Shown: positions 11,333 through 23,106 of the stretch, one piece after another | Layout: every line of letters begins with the position of its first letter | How positions within the stretch are numbered: the first letter of the stretch is position 1 | Assembly (NCBI GenBank): GCA_014905635.1 | Contig: JABVCE010000013.1 | Location: 124,001 to 188,000, forward strand | Direction of reading: 5' to 3' | Length of the DNA stretch: 64,000 bases | Source of the DNA: Scenedesmus sp. PABB004 | Lineage: Eukaryota | Made by a program: the position numbers and the translations under genes | The notes under the pieces: generated by a model | The model's input: the letters and a program-made list of their open reading frames with translations, nothing else | Database searches by the model: none | What the model was told of the DNA's origin: nothing

Positions 11333-12528
11333 AGGGCTACGTGCACCGCGTCGGCCGCACCGGGCGCGCCGGGCAGTCTGGCCTCGCGCTCACCCTGTTC
11401 ACGCCCCAGGACGTCGTCTTTCAGCAGGAGCTGAGCGATGCCCTCGCCGCGCAGCAGGGCACCGCGGCCGCGGCGGCCGCCGGCGCCAGCGGCGGCGGCG
11501 GCAGCAGCGACGACAGCAGCGGCAGCGACACCGACGACGAGGGCGGCGCCGGCGCGCGGCGGCGAGGCGAGGGCGAGGTGCGCGCGCGCGGCGCCGCGCG
11601 GCCCCGCGCGCGCCGCGCGGCCCCGCGCCCGCCGCGATCACGGGCGCGCCCGCCGCGCCCGCGTCCGCGCCCCGTGCCCGCAGCCGCTGCGGCCGTTTGC
11701 GCGGCTCAGCAAGGCGTCGCTCGAGGCGCTGCGCTACCGCGGCGAGGACGTCGGCCGCACCATCACCAAGGCCGCGGTGCGCGAGGCGCGCGCGCGCGAG
11801 CTGCAGCGCGAGCTGCTCAACAGCGAGGCGCTGGCCGGCTACTTTGAGGAGCACGAGGCCGAGCGGGTGCGCGCGGCGGGCGGCCGGGCCGCTGGCGCGC
11901 GGGCCGGCGCGGCGCGGTGCGGCGGGCGCCTCGTTGCGGCGGGGCCGCGCCCGCGAGTCGCGCTGAGCGCGCGCCCGCGCGCGCGCGCGCCGCCGCTGCC
12001 GCCGCCGCCCAGGCGCTGCTGAAGCACGACAAGCCCATGCACCGCAAGGCCGGCAACGCGCCGCACCTGCGCCACGTCCCCGCGTACCTGCGCGACCCCG
12101 CGGCGCTCGCCGCGCCGGCGGCGGCGGCCGCGGGCGCGGCGGCCGCGGCGGCGGCGGCGCGCGCGCCCAAGGCCCCCAAGGCCAAGCGGCCGAAGCGAGC
12201 CGACCCGCTCAAGGCCGCGGCGGGCGGCGCGGGCGCTGCAGGCGCAGCGCCCGCGCCCGCGGCGGCCGCGGCGGCGGCCGGGGGTGCGGGCTTCGTGCGC
12301 GCGCCCAAGCGCGGCGGCGGCGGCGCGGACGAGGAGCTGACCGAGCTGGAGCGCCGCGCGCTCGCGCGGCCGCTCAAGCCGAGCCGCGCCAAGGCGCTCG
12401 CGGGCGTCGGCGGCGCGGCGGCGCGCGCCAAGGCGCTGGGGCCCAAGGTCGCCGCGATGGCGGCCAACAAGCACAACGTGAAGACGGTCCGGCCCAAGAT
12501 GGGCGCCGGCGCCAAGGCGCGGCGCTGA
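9400..12528 (+). CDS. DBP9: DEAD-box RNA helicase DBP9/DDX56 (60S biogenesis)
   Basis: Q motif [54 protein letters not shown]. Family-specific [24 protein letters not shown] and HLRHVPAYL. About 6 introns, two of them GC-AG. Confidence 0.95.
11125..11222 (+). ncRNA. Intronic box C/D snoRNA (18S rRNA guide)
   Basis: Box C GTGATGA 11132-11138 and box D CTGA 11213-11216. Terminal stem GTGGCC/GGCCAC and internal hairpin GGGCCTG/CAGGCCC. GGCTTAATCTTTG (11154-11166) is the reverse complement of conserved 18S 5' sequence CAAAGATTAAGCC. AT-richer island within intron 11034-11334. Confidence 0.85.
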
Positions 12529-12570
12529 GGCGGCGCGGCACGGCGCGCGGGCGAGCCCGGCGCCTCGTTG

Positions 12571-12575
12571 TGTAA
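12571..12575 (+). terminator. TGTAA polyadenylation signal for DBP9
   Basis: About 40 nt after the stop at 12528. Confidence 0.7.
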
Positions 12576-13072
12576 GGGGCAGCTCGCCTCGGCTGCCCGT
12601 GAACTCCCCGAGCCTTGCGGCGGGAGGCAGGCAGGCGGGCAGGCACCAGCATCGCGCCGCCGCGCAGAGAACCAGGCGCCACCCGCGCTGCTCGATCGCT
12701 CACTCCAGCAGTTAACAGAGCTGAACGTGACACTGCGCGGCGCGAACAGGGCCGTGCTGCATCGGTTGGCAGCTGGAGCTGGCGAGCCAACGCGGATTTC
12801 GTCGCTAAGCGCGGACGAGACCCCGAATTAGCTCCAGAAGAACGCAGCCTTCTCCTCGCCGCCGGCCGGCAGGTGCGGGGCACCGGGCGCGGAGCGCCGG
12901 CCGTCGCAGCAGCCGGATGCTGCGCGGGCGACACGCCCCAGCTGCGCGGGCGCGCCGCGGCTTGCCGCCGGGCAGCTCTCTGAGATGGGATCAGCCTCTG
13001 GGAGCATGAGACGAGCCCGCGCCCCGCGCGCCCGCCCACGGCAACCACCATCCCGCAGGCCTCCCGGGCACC

Positions 13073-14979
13073 ATGCGGACGCTGGGCCTGGCCCTGGCGC
13101 TGGCAGCGCTCCTGAGCTGCGCCGCAGCCCTGGAGAGCGATGAGCGGCCCGTGGGGTGCGGCGCGCGCCGGCCCGCCGCCGCGGCAGGGAGCTGGCGCGC
13201 GCCGCCGGCTGGCTGGCCCTGGCCCTGGCCGCTGGCTCACGCGCCGCCGCCCCCGCCCCCGCCGCAGGCTGCTGCTGCCTGGTGCGCCCTGGGACGCCGC
13301 CGGCGACCAGGTGTGCCTCACCTTCCAGGCCTGCCACGACGGCCGCGGCGCCGCGCACACCAGCCTCGAGATCTTTGCCTCGCTCGAGGCACGCCTGGAG
13401 CGGCTCGGCGTCGCGTCGCCGGGCGACCACATCACCGTCACCGCCCTGACGGGCCAGCCCTGCGTCAGCCCGCGCTGCTGCTGCGCCAGCCCCGTGGCGG
13501 TGCGGCTGAGCCTGCCGCTCGCGCGCGGCGGCAGCGCGGCCGCGCTGGTGGAGGCGGTGCTGCGCTTCGCGGAGCAGGAGCTCCCGCAGCTGCTGCCGGG
13601 CGCCGTGTGCGTGGGCGACGTGGCCGAGTGCGACGCGCCCATCGCGACGGCGCGCCGCCACCTGCTGCAAGGGTATGCGCCGTGCGCCGCACCAGGCAGC
13701 CCGGCGCCGGCGGGCGCCGCGCGCGCGCGCGCGCCCCGACCGCCGCCGACGCCCCGTCTGCCTGCCGCCGACGCCCCGTCTGCCTGCCGCCGCCGCCCCG
13801 TCTGCCGCCGCCCGCAGCCGCAGCGACGCCGGCGGCGTGCAGTTCCTGGAGGAGGCGGTCGCGGCGCTGCCCGACCTGCCGCGCCACGACGGCGCGTCGC
13901 TGAGCGACCTGGTCTTCGAGTCGGCGCTCGTGCCGTACGGCGCCGGCGAGGCGCCCGGCGCGTACGGCGCCTACGGCGGCGCCGCGGCCGCGGGCGGCTA
14001 CGGCGGCGAGGCCGCCGCGATCGTGCTCGGCGGCGACGGCCCCGCGCGCCGCCGCGCCCTGCTCGCGACGCCGGGCGGCGGCGCCCAGCCGCGCGGCGCG
14101 GCCGCGCCGGGCGGCGCGGCCGCGTCGCGGCCGGCGGTGAGCGGGCCCAAGCCCGCGCCCGCGGCGTCGGCGTCGGCGTCGGCCGCGCCGCGCCGCCCGG
14201 CGGCGCCGGGGCGGCAGACCCAGCCCGGCGCGTGCTACTGCCGCTACGTCCCCGCCGCGGCGGCGTGGGCGCTCGACGAGCCGCCCTGCAGGGCCGCGCT
14301 GTACGGCCGCTGCGGCGGCGGCGGCGCGCTGCTCGAGTGCGCCGCCCTGGACGGCTACTACCGCGCGCGCCGCGCCGGCACGCCCGCGGGGCAGGCGCCC
14401 GGCGCCGACGCGGTCAGCGCCTTCCTCTATGTCGACTGCCCCCCGGCGCCGCCGTGCTCCTGCAAGGCCGCGCCGCGTGGCGCGGGCTGCTGCGCCGACC
14501 TCAAGGCCGCGTGCCAGGTGCCGTTCTCGGGGCTCGACTGCGGCGCCGTCGCGCGCTTCTGCGCGGCCAAGGGCGCGCCCGCGTCGGACGAGGGCGGCCT
14601 GATCGCGAGCTTCGTGCTCGTCCGCACGCACGGCGCCGACTGCAAGGCGCCCGCGCACGCGGCCGCGTACGCGGCCGTCGCCGACGCCGGCGCGGCGGCG
14701 GGCCCGCCACTCACGGCCGAGGCCGCCGCGCTGCTGCTCGTGCGCGACGCCGCGCGCGAGCGCCGCGGCGGCGGCGACGCCGGCGATGGCGGCGGCGCCG
14801 GCGAGGGCGACAGCCTGGCCACGGCGCTGTCCCTGATGGGTGCGCTGGCCGCGTCCGCCCTGGTCGCGGGGCTCGCGCTGCACGGCGCCATCACGCTCGT
14901 CAAGCGCTACGGTCTGAGGCGCGTCACCTCCCGCGTGGCGCCGCTCGTCGACCCGCACGAGCGCTGGACGCACTACTGA
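13073..14979 (+). CDS. Cysteine-rich type I membrane / cell-surface protein, unknown family
   Basis: Signal peptide MRTLGLALALAALLSCAAA; Cys-rich blocks (CYCRY..WALDEPPC..LYGRC; CSCK..CCADLKAAC); C-terminal TM LSLMGALAASALVAGLALHGAITLV; TGTAA at 15091. About 2 introns. Confidence 0.7.
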
Positions 14980-15090
14980 GGGCTGCTGATAGACGTGGGC
15001 TGCGAGCTTGTCGGGGGCCGCGAGACTGTGGCGGTGCGGGTGCGTGGAGCGTGGCGGGTCAAGGCGTCGTCTCGTGATCAAACGTTGAAC

Positions 15091-15095
15091 TGTAA
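15091..15095 (+). terminator. TGTAA polyadenylation signal
   Basis: About 110 nt after the stop at 14979. Confidence 0.65.
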
Positions 15096-15258
15096 CAAGC
15101 CGGCGCGGGTGCCACCGCTGGTGGGCACTGCTCCCCCCTCAGCCAGCAACCGCTCGCCCCGCGCCGCGACCGCGACCGCTGCCGCCGCGACCGGTGCTGC
15201 CGCCGCTGCCGCCGCTGGCGGCGTGCAGCGCGGCGGCGCACGCGCCGCAGGGCGCCGC

Positions 15259-18200
15259 ATGCGCTCGCTGCAGCAGGGCAGCGCCGCGCCCGCCCGGCCG
15301 TGGCCCAGCCAGCTGGCGTGTGGGCGCCGGGCGTGCTGCGTGGCGGGCGTCTGCTGCTCCCGGCGCAGTGGCGGCCGGCCGGCTGTGCGTGCGGCCGCGG
15401 CTGGCGGCGGGGAGGCGCGCAGCGAGGGCGGCAGCCCGGAGGCGCCGCGGCAGCGCCGCCGCGCCAACTCGGCGGCGCGGGAGGAGGGCCGGCAGCGGCG
15501 GCGCTCCGCGGCGCGCGGCGCGCAGGATGCCCAGGAGCGGCCGCAGCAGCCCGACGAGCCGGGAACGCCGTCGAGCGCGACTCCGCGGCTGACCTGGCGC
15601 AGCGGCGGCGGCAGTGGCGCGCCGGCGCAGGAGCAGGAGCAGGCGCAGCGGCAGCGCGAGGCGGGGGAGGCGGAGCGCGCGCGCGACGCGCGGCGCTTCG
15701 CGCCCGCGGCGCCGCCGCCGGGCTTCTTCCGGCCCCAGACTGGCGCGGTGACGGCGGAGGAGGCGGAGGCGTTCCTCCTCGCCGGCGTCAACCAGCGCTG
15801 GGCGCGCCCGCTCACCAACGCCGAGCGCGCCGAGCTCGTGGACGCGGCCCCCCAGCAGCGCGACGCGGCGGCTGCCGCGGCGCGGCGCGCCCTGCCGCCC
15901 GCGTACCGCGCGCGCCTCGCCGCGGCGTCGGAGGCCTGCGCCGCCGCGCTCGCGGCCGCGCGGCGCCGGCCGGGCGGGCTGGGCGCGGAGGAGGCGGAGG
16001 AGGCCGAGGCCGTGGCCGAGGTTGCCCGGCTCACACGCAGCCCCTTCACGGCAGAGGTGCGCGCGGCGGCGGGCGCGCGCGCGCGGGCGGGGCCGCCGCG
16101 CGCGCTGGGGGGGGGGGGGCGCCGGCGCCAACGCGCGGCGCGCGCGCCGCACCGCCCGCGCGCCGCTGCCGCGCGCCTGCAGCTCGCGCTGGAGGTTCTG
16201 CAAGACATCGCCGCCGGCCGCCCGCCCGACGCGGAGAGCGTGGAGCTGGTGCGCCGCCCGGCCGCGCGCGCGTGCGGCCCCGCCGCGCCCCCTGGCTCGG
16301 CCCTGCACCGAGCGCCGCGCTGCGCCGCGCCGCCAGGTGAGCTCGCCCGACGTGCTCGCGGCGGAGGCGCTCGGCCTGGCCACCCCCGAGATGGATGAGG
16401 CGGTGCTGGACGCCATGGAGGGGCGGTGAGCGGCGGCACGCCGTGCGCTGCGCGCAAGCGCGCGCAAGTCGGCGCGTGAAGCGCGCCCCCGCCCACCCCG
16501 CCCCGCCCGCCCGGCCCGCCCGCGGCGGCGCAGGCCGGTGGCCGACCCGCTGGGCATCGTGGCGGACGACCTCGAAAACTACCTCAACCGCTGCCCCTCG
16601 TGGGAGTCCGTGGGGCGACTCTTCACGGTGCGGCGCGTGCCGGGCGTGCCAGGCGCGCCCGCCCCCGCTGCTGCGCCCGGTCTCTGACATGGCGGCCCAC
16701 GGCGGCCCACGCCGTCGCCTGTGGCGCGCCGCGCCGCAGGCGGCGCGCGACACGACGGTGTTGGAGCGCCGCCACGTGCTCGCGCTGCTGCGCCGCCTGC
16801 CGGTCGTGGCGCGGCCGGCCACGTTCGGCTTCCGCACGCGGCTGCGGTTCGGGGAGCTCGTGGCGGACCTGTTTGAGCAGCTGGTCGGGTGCGAACAGGG
16901 CGCAGCATGGGCGCGCGCAGCGCGCTCGCCAGCGTGGGCTGCAGGCACAGCGCGCGCGCCGCCTGGTCCACCCCCCATCGACCTCGGGCCGCCCGGGCGC
17001 CGCGCCCCCGCCCCCGCCCCGGCAGCTTCAAGGACGGCCTGACGGCGCCGGAGGTCGCGGGCCTGGCGGCGCCGCTGGCGCAGCTGGGGCCGCACGCGGC
17101 GCGCGACGGCGGCCTGGCGGCGGCGCTGCCGGGCATGCTCGACGCGCACGCGGCGCAGCTCAGCCTGCGCCAGCTGGCCGACCTGCTCTGGGGCGGCGCA
17201 AAGGCGCAGCTGGCGCTGCGCCGCGGCTGGGTGGCGCGGCTGTGGCGGGAGATGGCGGGCCGCGCGCGGCAGGTGCGAGTGCGCTGCGCCCGGGGCGGCC
17301 GCCTGCCCCGCGCCGCGCCGCGCCGTGCCGTCGGCTGCTGCCGCGCTGACGGCGCCGCCGGCTGCCGCCCGCCGCGGTGTAGACGCCCGCCGACTCGCTC
17401 GCGCTTGCCAAGGGCCTGTACGCCTGCGCCCTGCTCGGCCACGCGCCGCCGCGGCAGCAGCTGCGCGCGTTTTACGCGGCGAGCACGGCACACTTTGGTC
17501 GCTTCACACCCCAGCAGGCCGGGCACACGCTGTGGGCGGCCGCCAGCCTGGGCCTGCAGCCGCCACCCGCCTGGCTCGCCGCGGCGCTCGCCGCGCTCAC
17601 GGCGGGGCACGCGTGGGAGGGCGGGCGCGCCGCGGGCGGGGGCGACGCTGCCGACGCGGCTGGCGCGGCTGGCGCGGCAGATGTGCCGCCGCACGTCGGC
17701 GCGGCGGCGGCGGCGGCTGCCCCGCACCTGTTCCAGAAGCTGCGTGAGGGGCCGGCCCCGTGCCCGCCGGGCAGCGTGGAGCACCAGTGGGTCGGCATGC
17801 TCGTGCGAGCCGGCTTTGGCGCCGCCGGCAGCGGCGCCGCGGCCAGCGGCGCCGGCGACAGTGCGCCGGCGGCCGCGCTGCTGCTGCCCGTGGCGCCGCC
17901 GGCGCTGCTCGCGCTGGAGGCGGGGCAGCTGCTGGCGCTGGTTGAGTCGCTGGCGCAGCTGCAGCTGTGCAGCCCGGACGAGGCCGTCGCGGATGCCATG
18001 GACCACATTTGGGTGGTCGCAGCTGCGGCAGCTGCGGCCGAGGACGTCGGCGCCAGCGGCGGCGACGACGACGACGACGGCAGCGCCGGCGCCGCTGCGG
18101 CGGAGCGGCCGCCGCGGGAGGCCGTCGTTGGGATCGTGGTGCGCGCGCTGCCCGTGCAGCAGTCGGAGCCGCGGCAACGCCCGCCGGCCGCAGCCGGCTT

Positions 18201-19500
18201 TGGCGGCAAGCAGCCGGCGCGCGCGCAGCAGCGCGGGCCCAGCCAGCAGACCGCTCCGCGCGGCGGGCCTGCTGCCGCGCTGGACCCTGGGGTGCTGCGG
18301 GCGCTGGACGCTGCGACCGGCGGCCTCTGGCAGGCGGCTCAGCGCGGCGGGTGGACGCTCGGCGAGCTCGCCGCTGCGGCCGCCTCGCATGGCGGCGACG
18401 GCGGCCGCGCGACGCTGGCGACCGCGGCGGCGGCGCTCGCTGACTTCCTGCCCGCCTGGTTTGCAGCCTCGTCTGCGCTGCTGCCGCACAGCGAGCCCCT
18501 GGTGCTGGTGCGCACGCTGCGTGCGGTGGCGCTGCTGGTGGACCGCGATGAGTCGCCCTTTGGCCCCGGGGCGCTGCCGGACGGCGCACCGCCGCTGCCG
18601 GGCCAGGCCCCGCTGGCGCCGCTGCCGCTGCCGCCGGCGGGCTGGTTGCGCGCGGCGGCGCGCCGCGCGGCTGTCGTGCGCAGCACGTTCAGCGAGCTGG
18701 CGCTGTGGCACGTGCTGGGGTCGCTCGAGTGCCTGCTGGACGGCCATCCGCAGCGGCGCGAGCTGCTGGAGCCCCCGCCGCCGCCGCCCGAGCAGCGCTG
18801 GTGGTGGCAGGATGCCTGGGCGGGCGGCGGTTCGCCGGGGGCAGCGGCGGCAGGCAGGCTGGGGGATGACGTCGGCGCTGCCGCGTTGCCGCTGCCGGGC
18901 AGCTGGCTTGCGCCCGTGCAGGTCTGCAGCAGCGACGACGGCGCCGGCGGCGGCGGCGCGAGCCTGCATGCCGACCTGGCTGCGCTGGTGGCGAGCCTGG
19001 GCAACGAGCTCGGTCGCATCTTGCCGCCGGATGCCATGGTGGAGGAGCTCACCTGCGTCACGAGGTGCGGCGCCAGCCCGGCGGCGCGCTCCGCGCTCCG
19101 CGCACGCGCCGTGCCGCGCGTGCGAGCCCGCGCCGCCGCTCGCAGGCTGAGCCCCGCGCTGCTGGACGACGCCTGGCTGCGCCGCCACGAGGACGCGCTC
19201 GCGGAGCAGCTGAGGCAGGAGGGCTGGCGTCCCAGCGGCGGCGACGGCGGCGGCAAGCTCTCGACAGCCACCCTGGAGCGGCAGGCAGCAGCCGCCGCCA
19301 GCAGCGCGGCGGCGGCGGGGCTCACCCCCGCGGCGGCGGCGGCGCTGCTCGCGGCGCACGAGGTGTGCGGGGGCTACGTGATGGCCGACGGCGCGCTGCA
19401 AGACGCGTGCCGCCGGCTGGCTGCGGCGACGCGGCGGGCCCGGGGGCTGACGGCGGGCGCTGAGCAAGCGCGCCGGCGCGGCAGGTTGCAACGCGCAGCA
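15259..19500 (+). CDS. Organelle-targeted octotricopeptide-repeat (OPR)-like helical repeat protein; 3' end uncertain
   Basis: Transit-peptide-like start MRSLQQG..RPAVRAAA. OPR-type motifs LSLRQLADLLWGGAKAQL and FTPQQAGHTLWAAASLGLQPPPAWL (~17500-17575), plus PPAGWL and PPPPEQRW. About 7 introns. Confidence 0.7.
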
Positions 19501-19522
19501 GGCCAGGTTGCCGGGACCGCTC

Positions 19523-20593
19523 TCAGCTCTCACCCTCACGCTGCTGCTTCGCCGCCTGCACCCGCGCCCACGCCGCCACGTCGTCCGGCGCGACCGCGAC
19601 CACGCCGTCGTGCGGCGCCGCGTCCGCGCCGCCCCCGCCAGCAGGCGCCGCGCCGCCGCCCGCGCCGCCGCCGCAGCCGCCCTCGCCGCTGGCCGGGCCG
19701 CCGCCCGCAGCGGCCGCGACGGTGGCGAGCAGCTGCTGCACCTTGTCAAAGCCCAGCAGGTCCTCCGCGGAGACCTGCGGAGCGCCCGCGGCGCCCGCGT
19801 CCAGGCGCGCGCGCTTGACCTGCTGCCCCTGCGCCGCGAGGTGCTCGTCGATCTGCGCCGCCGAACAGAGCAGTGGCGGCGCACGTCAGGCCCTTGCCGG
19901 CCGCCCCCGGTGGCTGCGCCTGCGCTTGGACGCGCGCCGCGCCGCGCCGCGCCGCGCCGCGCGTCGCCAGACCTTGAAGCCCGCGTCGCCAAACCAGCCG
20001 AGGTGGTCGGCGATGAGGTGCATCGACGAGCAGCCAGGGCAGGTGATGAGCACGAGGCCCCGCTCGTACGCGCCGCGCGAGAAGGCCTTGACGCTGCGCG
20101 TGTCGCACTTGGCGCACGTGAACGCGATGGCCATGTCGCGCCGCCTGCGGCGCGGCGGCGGCGCGGGGCGCTCGGCGGGTGCGGCGGCGGCGGGGGAGCG
20201 GGCGCGGGCACGGGGGCGCGCTCGTGCGCCGCGCCGCGAGCGCCGCGCTGCGCACCGTGCGGCGGCGGCCTGGGCGTCTTCCTCACCACTCCCGGCGTCG
20301 CTGCTCAGGCCGCGGCAGCCCGCGGCGCGCCAGGCAGCGCCCAGCGGCGGCGGCCGCCACGCGAGGCGCGCCGCTGCGTGGTGCCGCTGCTGCGGCGGCT
20401 GCTCCCGCTGCTCCTGCTGCTGCTGCGTGGCATGCTGCTGCAGTGGCTGCTGCGGTGGCTGCTGCGGGAGCTGCTGGTGCGGCTCGCCGGCGGCGAGGAG
20501 GCGCGCGGCGCCGGTCGCGGCAGCAGCGTCGCCGGCAGCAGCGGCGGCGGGCCGCGCCGTGCGCAGGAGGCGGCCGGCCGCAGCGTGCAGCAT
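19523..20593 (-). CDS. DNLZ: DNL-type zinc finger chaperone (Tim15/Zim17/HEP), likely mitochondrial
   Basis: Presequence [19 protein letters not shown]; zf-DNL core [48 protein letters not shown]. Confidence 0.9.
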
Positions 20594-20834
20594 GGTGCAG
20601 GACGTCAGGCGAACGGGACTGTGGCGGGACTGTGGCGGGCGTGGGACGCCTGCTGGCGCTCTGGGCGCGGGCCCGAGGCAGAGCCGCGAGGGCGCGCCGC
20701 GCCCCAGCCCGGCACGGGCCCCCCGCGGCTGGTGCTGCAGAGTCACCGCCACCGCCGCTCCTCCTCGACGCGACCGGTGCCGCCGTCCGCGCGAGCCCAC
20801 AGCCACCCGTCGGCCCTGTCCAGAGCCTCGCGCG

Positions 20835-21482
20835 ATGTCCAGCCTCTGCCGCCGCGCCTGCCCGCTGCAGCGCCCGGGCGTGCCGTCGGGCGCGCTCTCC
20901 ACGTCTTGCAGTGTCAGGGCGAGCGCAGTGCGGCTCACGCCAGCGGCGGCGCGGCGCGCCGGCAGCAGCGGCAGCAGCAGCGGCGCGCGCCGGCCACAGC
21001 CGCAGCAGCTGGCGTCCGGCGCGGAGCGGCCGCCGGGTGCGCCGCGGGCGGAGCAGCAGCAGCAGCCAGCTCCCGCGCAGGCCCCCAGCGGCGGCGCGCT
21101 CGTGGCGGGCGTGGCGGCGGCGGCGGCCGCGGCGCTCGCGGCGGCGGGCCCCGCGGCCGCGGCGGGGCTTGACGCGCCCGCCGCGGCCGCGCTCGAGTCG
21201 GTGCTGCGCCCGGTGTTCACGCTCTTCACGGTGCTGTACATCGTGCGCATCCCGCTGACCTGGTACCCCTCGATCGACGGCACCAAGCTGCCCTGGCTGC
21301 TCGCGGTCGCGCCGACGGAGCCGTTCCTGCGCGCGACGCGCGCCGTCATCCCCGCCGTCGGCGGCGTCGACGTCACGCCGATCGTGTGGGTGGGCGTGAT
21401 CAGCTTCCTCAACGAGATCCTGCTCGGCCCGCAGGGCATCCTGCTGCTCATCCAGCGCGAGTCGGGCGCGGGCCTGCTCTAG
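20835..21482 (+). CDS. CCB3: YGGT-family thylakoid protein CCB3 (heme ci assembly of cytochrome b6f)
   Basis: Single exon with a transit peptide, then [56 protein letters not shown], which is characteristic of CCB3. Confidence 0.9.
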   Translation: MSSLCRRACPLQRPGVPSGALSTSCSVRASAVRLTPAAARRAGSSGSSSGARRPQPQQLASGAERPPGAPRAEQQQQPAPAQAPSGGALVAGVAAAAAAALAAAGPAAAAGLDAPAAAALESVLRPVFTLFTVLYIVRIPLTWYPSIDGTKLPWLLAVAPTEPFLRATRAVIPAVGGVDVTPIVWVGVISFLNEILLGPQGILLLIQRESGAGLL

Positions 21483-22012
21483 CGCGCGGCGGCGACGCGC
21501 CGTGGCAGCGTCCCGACGCGGCGGTGGCGCCTGCAGCTGCAGCGCGCGCGCCAGGCGCCGGCGGGGAGCGGGGGGCGGCGAGGGCGAGGGCGACGGCGAG
21601 GGCCGGAGCGAGAGAGAGAGAGAGAGAGTGCGCGCGCCACCGGCGGGGCAACCGCTGACTCTGCGTTGCACACCGCCGCCTCGCGGGCGCCGGCCCACGC
21701 TGCTGCTGCGCGTCGCAGCGCGCCCCGGCATTCTTCGCCGCTCGTAAGGGCGCTGGCGCGCCGCCCCATGGCGCCGCGCCCGCCCGGCCGTCCGCCCGCC
21801 CGGCCGTCCCGCCGCCACGCCCCGCCACGACCCCCCTACTAATGAACAGGCGGCGCCAACCCGCGCCGCCCGCTGCTCGCTGCTCGCTGCCGCCGCCGGT
21901 GGACGCGCCGAGCCCGCCATGCCTGCGGGCCCCGCCGCCGCCGCGAGCGCGGCAGCGCCGCCGCCCGCCCGCCGTGCGCTGCCGAGCGAGGCCCCAAGAC
22001 GGGACAGCTCGC

Positions 22013-22421
22013 TCACTTGCCGTCCAGAGGCGCTGCCTTCTCCAGGGTCTTCAGCTCTTTGTGGCACTTCTTCAGGTCCAGCCTGCGCGCGGCGGCGGCG
22101 GGCAGCAGCGGTCGGCAGGCGTGGCAGCCGGCCGGGGGCGGGCTCCGGGCTCTGCGGCAGGCCCGCGGCAGGCCGGCGGGCCCCTGTCTCACGTGTAGTA
22201 GTCGAGGCACTCCACACAGTCCTTGAACTCACGCGGCGCCTTGTCATACATCTCCAGCAGCCTGCGCGGCGGGCGGCGGGCGCGGGGCGCTGGCCGCCGC
22301 GCGGGCGCTGCCGCCGCAGCCGCAGCCGCAGCCACAGCCGGCGCCGTCTCCGGCGCCGGCGCTGCCGCCCGATCGCCGTCGGTGCTGCGAGGTCGCCGGT
22401 TCGCTGCGGCACACGCCGCGG

Positions 22422-22460
<39 letters not shown>

Positions 22461-22648
22461 AGCAGCGGCGGCGCCGCTCACAGGCTCTCCGAGCACTTGA
22501 TGACGGCCTTGGCCTCTTGCAAGCAGTCCTCGGGGTGGCTGAACTTGTCCTTGCAGTTGAGGTAGGCCACCTCTGCTTGGCTGCACCGCACGGCGAGGTG
22601 CTTCGACATGGCATACAGCTCGCTGCTCGTGGCCCGCCGGTCCGCCAT
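22013..22648 (-). CDS. NDUFA8: Complex I subunit NDUFA8 (PGIV, twin CX9C)
   Basis: Three exons: MADRRATSSELYAMSKHLAVRCSQAEVAYLNCKDKFSHPEDCLQEAKAVIKC..LLEMYDKAPREFKDCVECLDYY..LDLKKCHKE, with CX9C spacing. Confidence 0.9.
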
Positions 22649-23106
22649 GGCTGCGCCTCCACGTGTGGCGCAGGTCCCAACGGCGCGGCTGTGGCGGGCT
22701 GCGGGGCCGCGCGCGCGCCGAGGGGGCCGCGGTGGCGCGGAGGGAGGCGCGGGCCGCCGATCAGGCGCTGATCAGGGCTGGCAGGCCTCGTGGCGTCGCG
22801 GAGGGCTGCGCGCGAGTGTGGGCCGCCGCCCCAGGCGGCGCCATTGGCAGCAGCGACGCGCCCGGGACAGCAAAGCCGCGATAACATCCCAGGCCGCCCT
22901 GCTCCCTGCGTTCGACGCGCCCACCCGCGCGCCCAATCGCGAAGGGAGAGAGCCGACACGTACACGCCGACAGGCCCGCCGCAGGCCACAGCCAGCGGGC
23001 GCCAGCGCGCCGCGCCCGCGCGCAGCGGCGGCGCGCGGCGGCCGCAGCAGGCGGGCCCGCCGGCCGCTGCAGTGGGCCCAGGGCCAGGGCCTGGTCACTG
23101 CCGACC

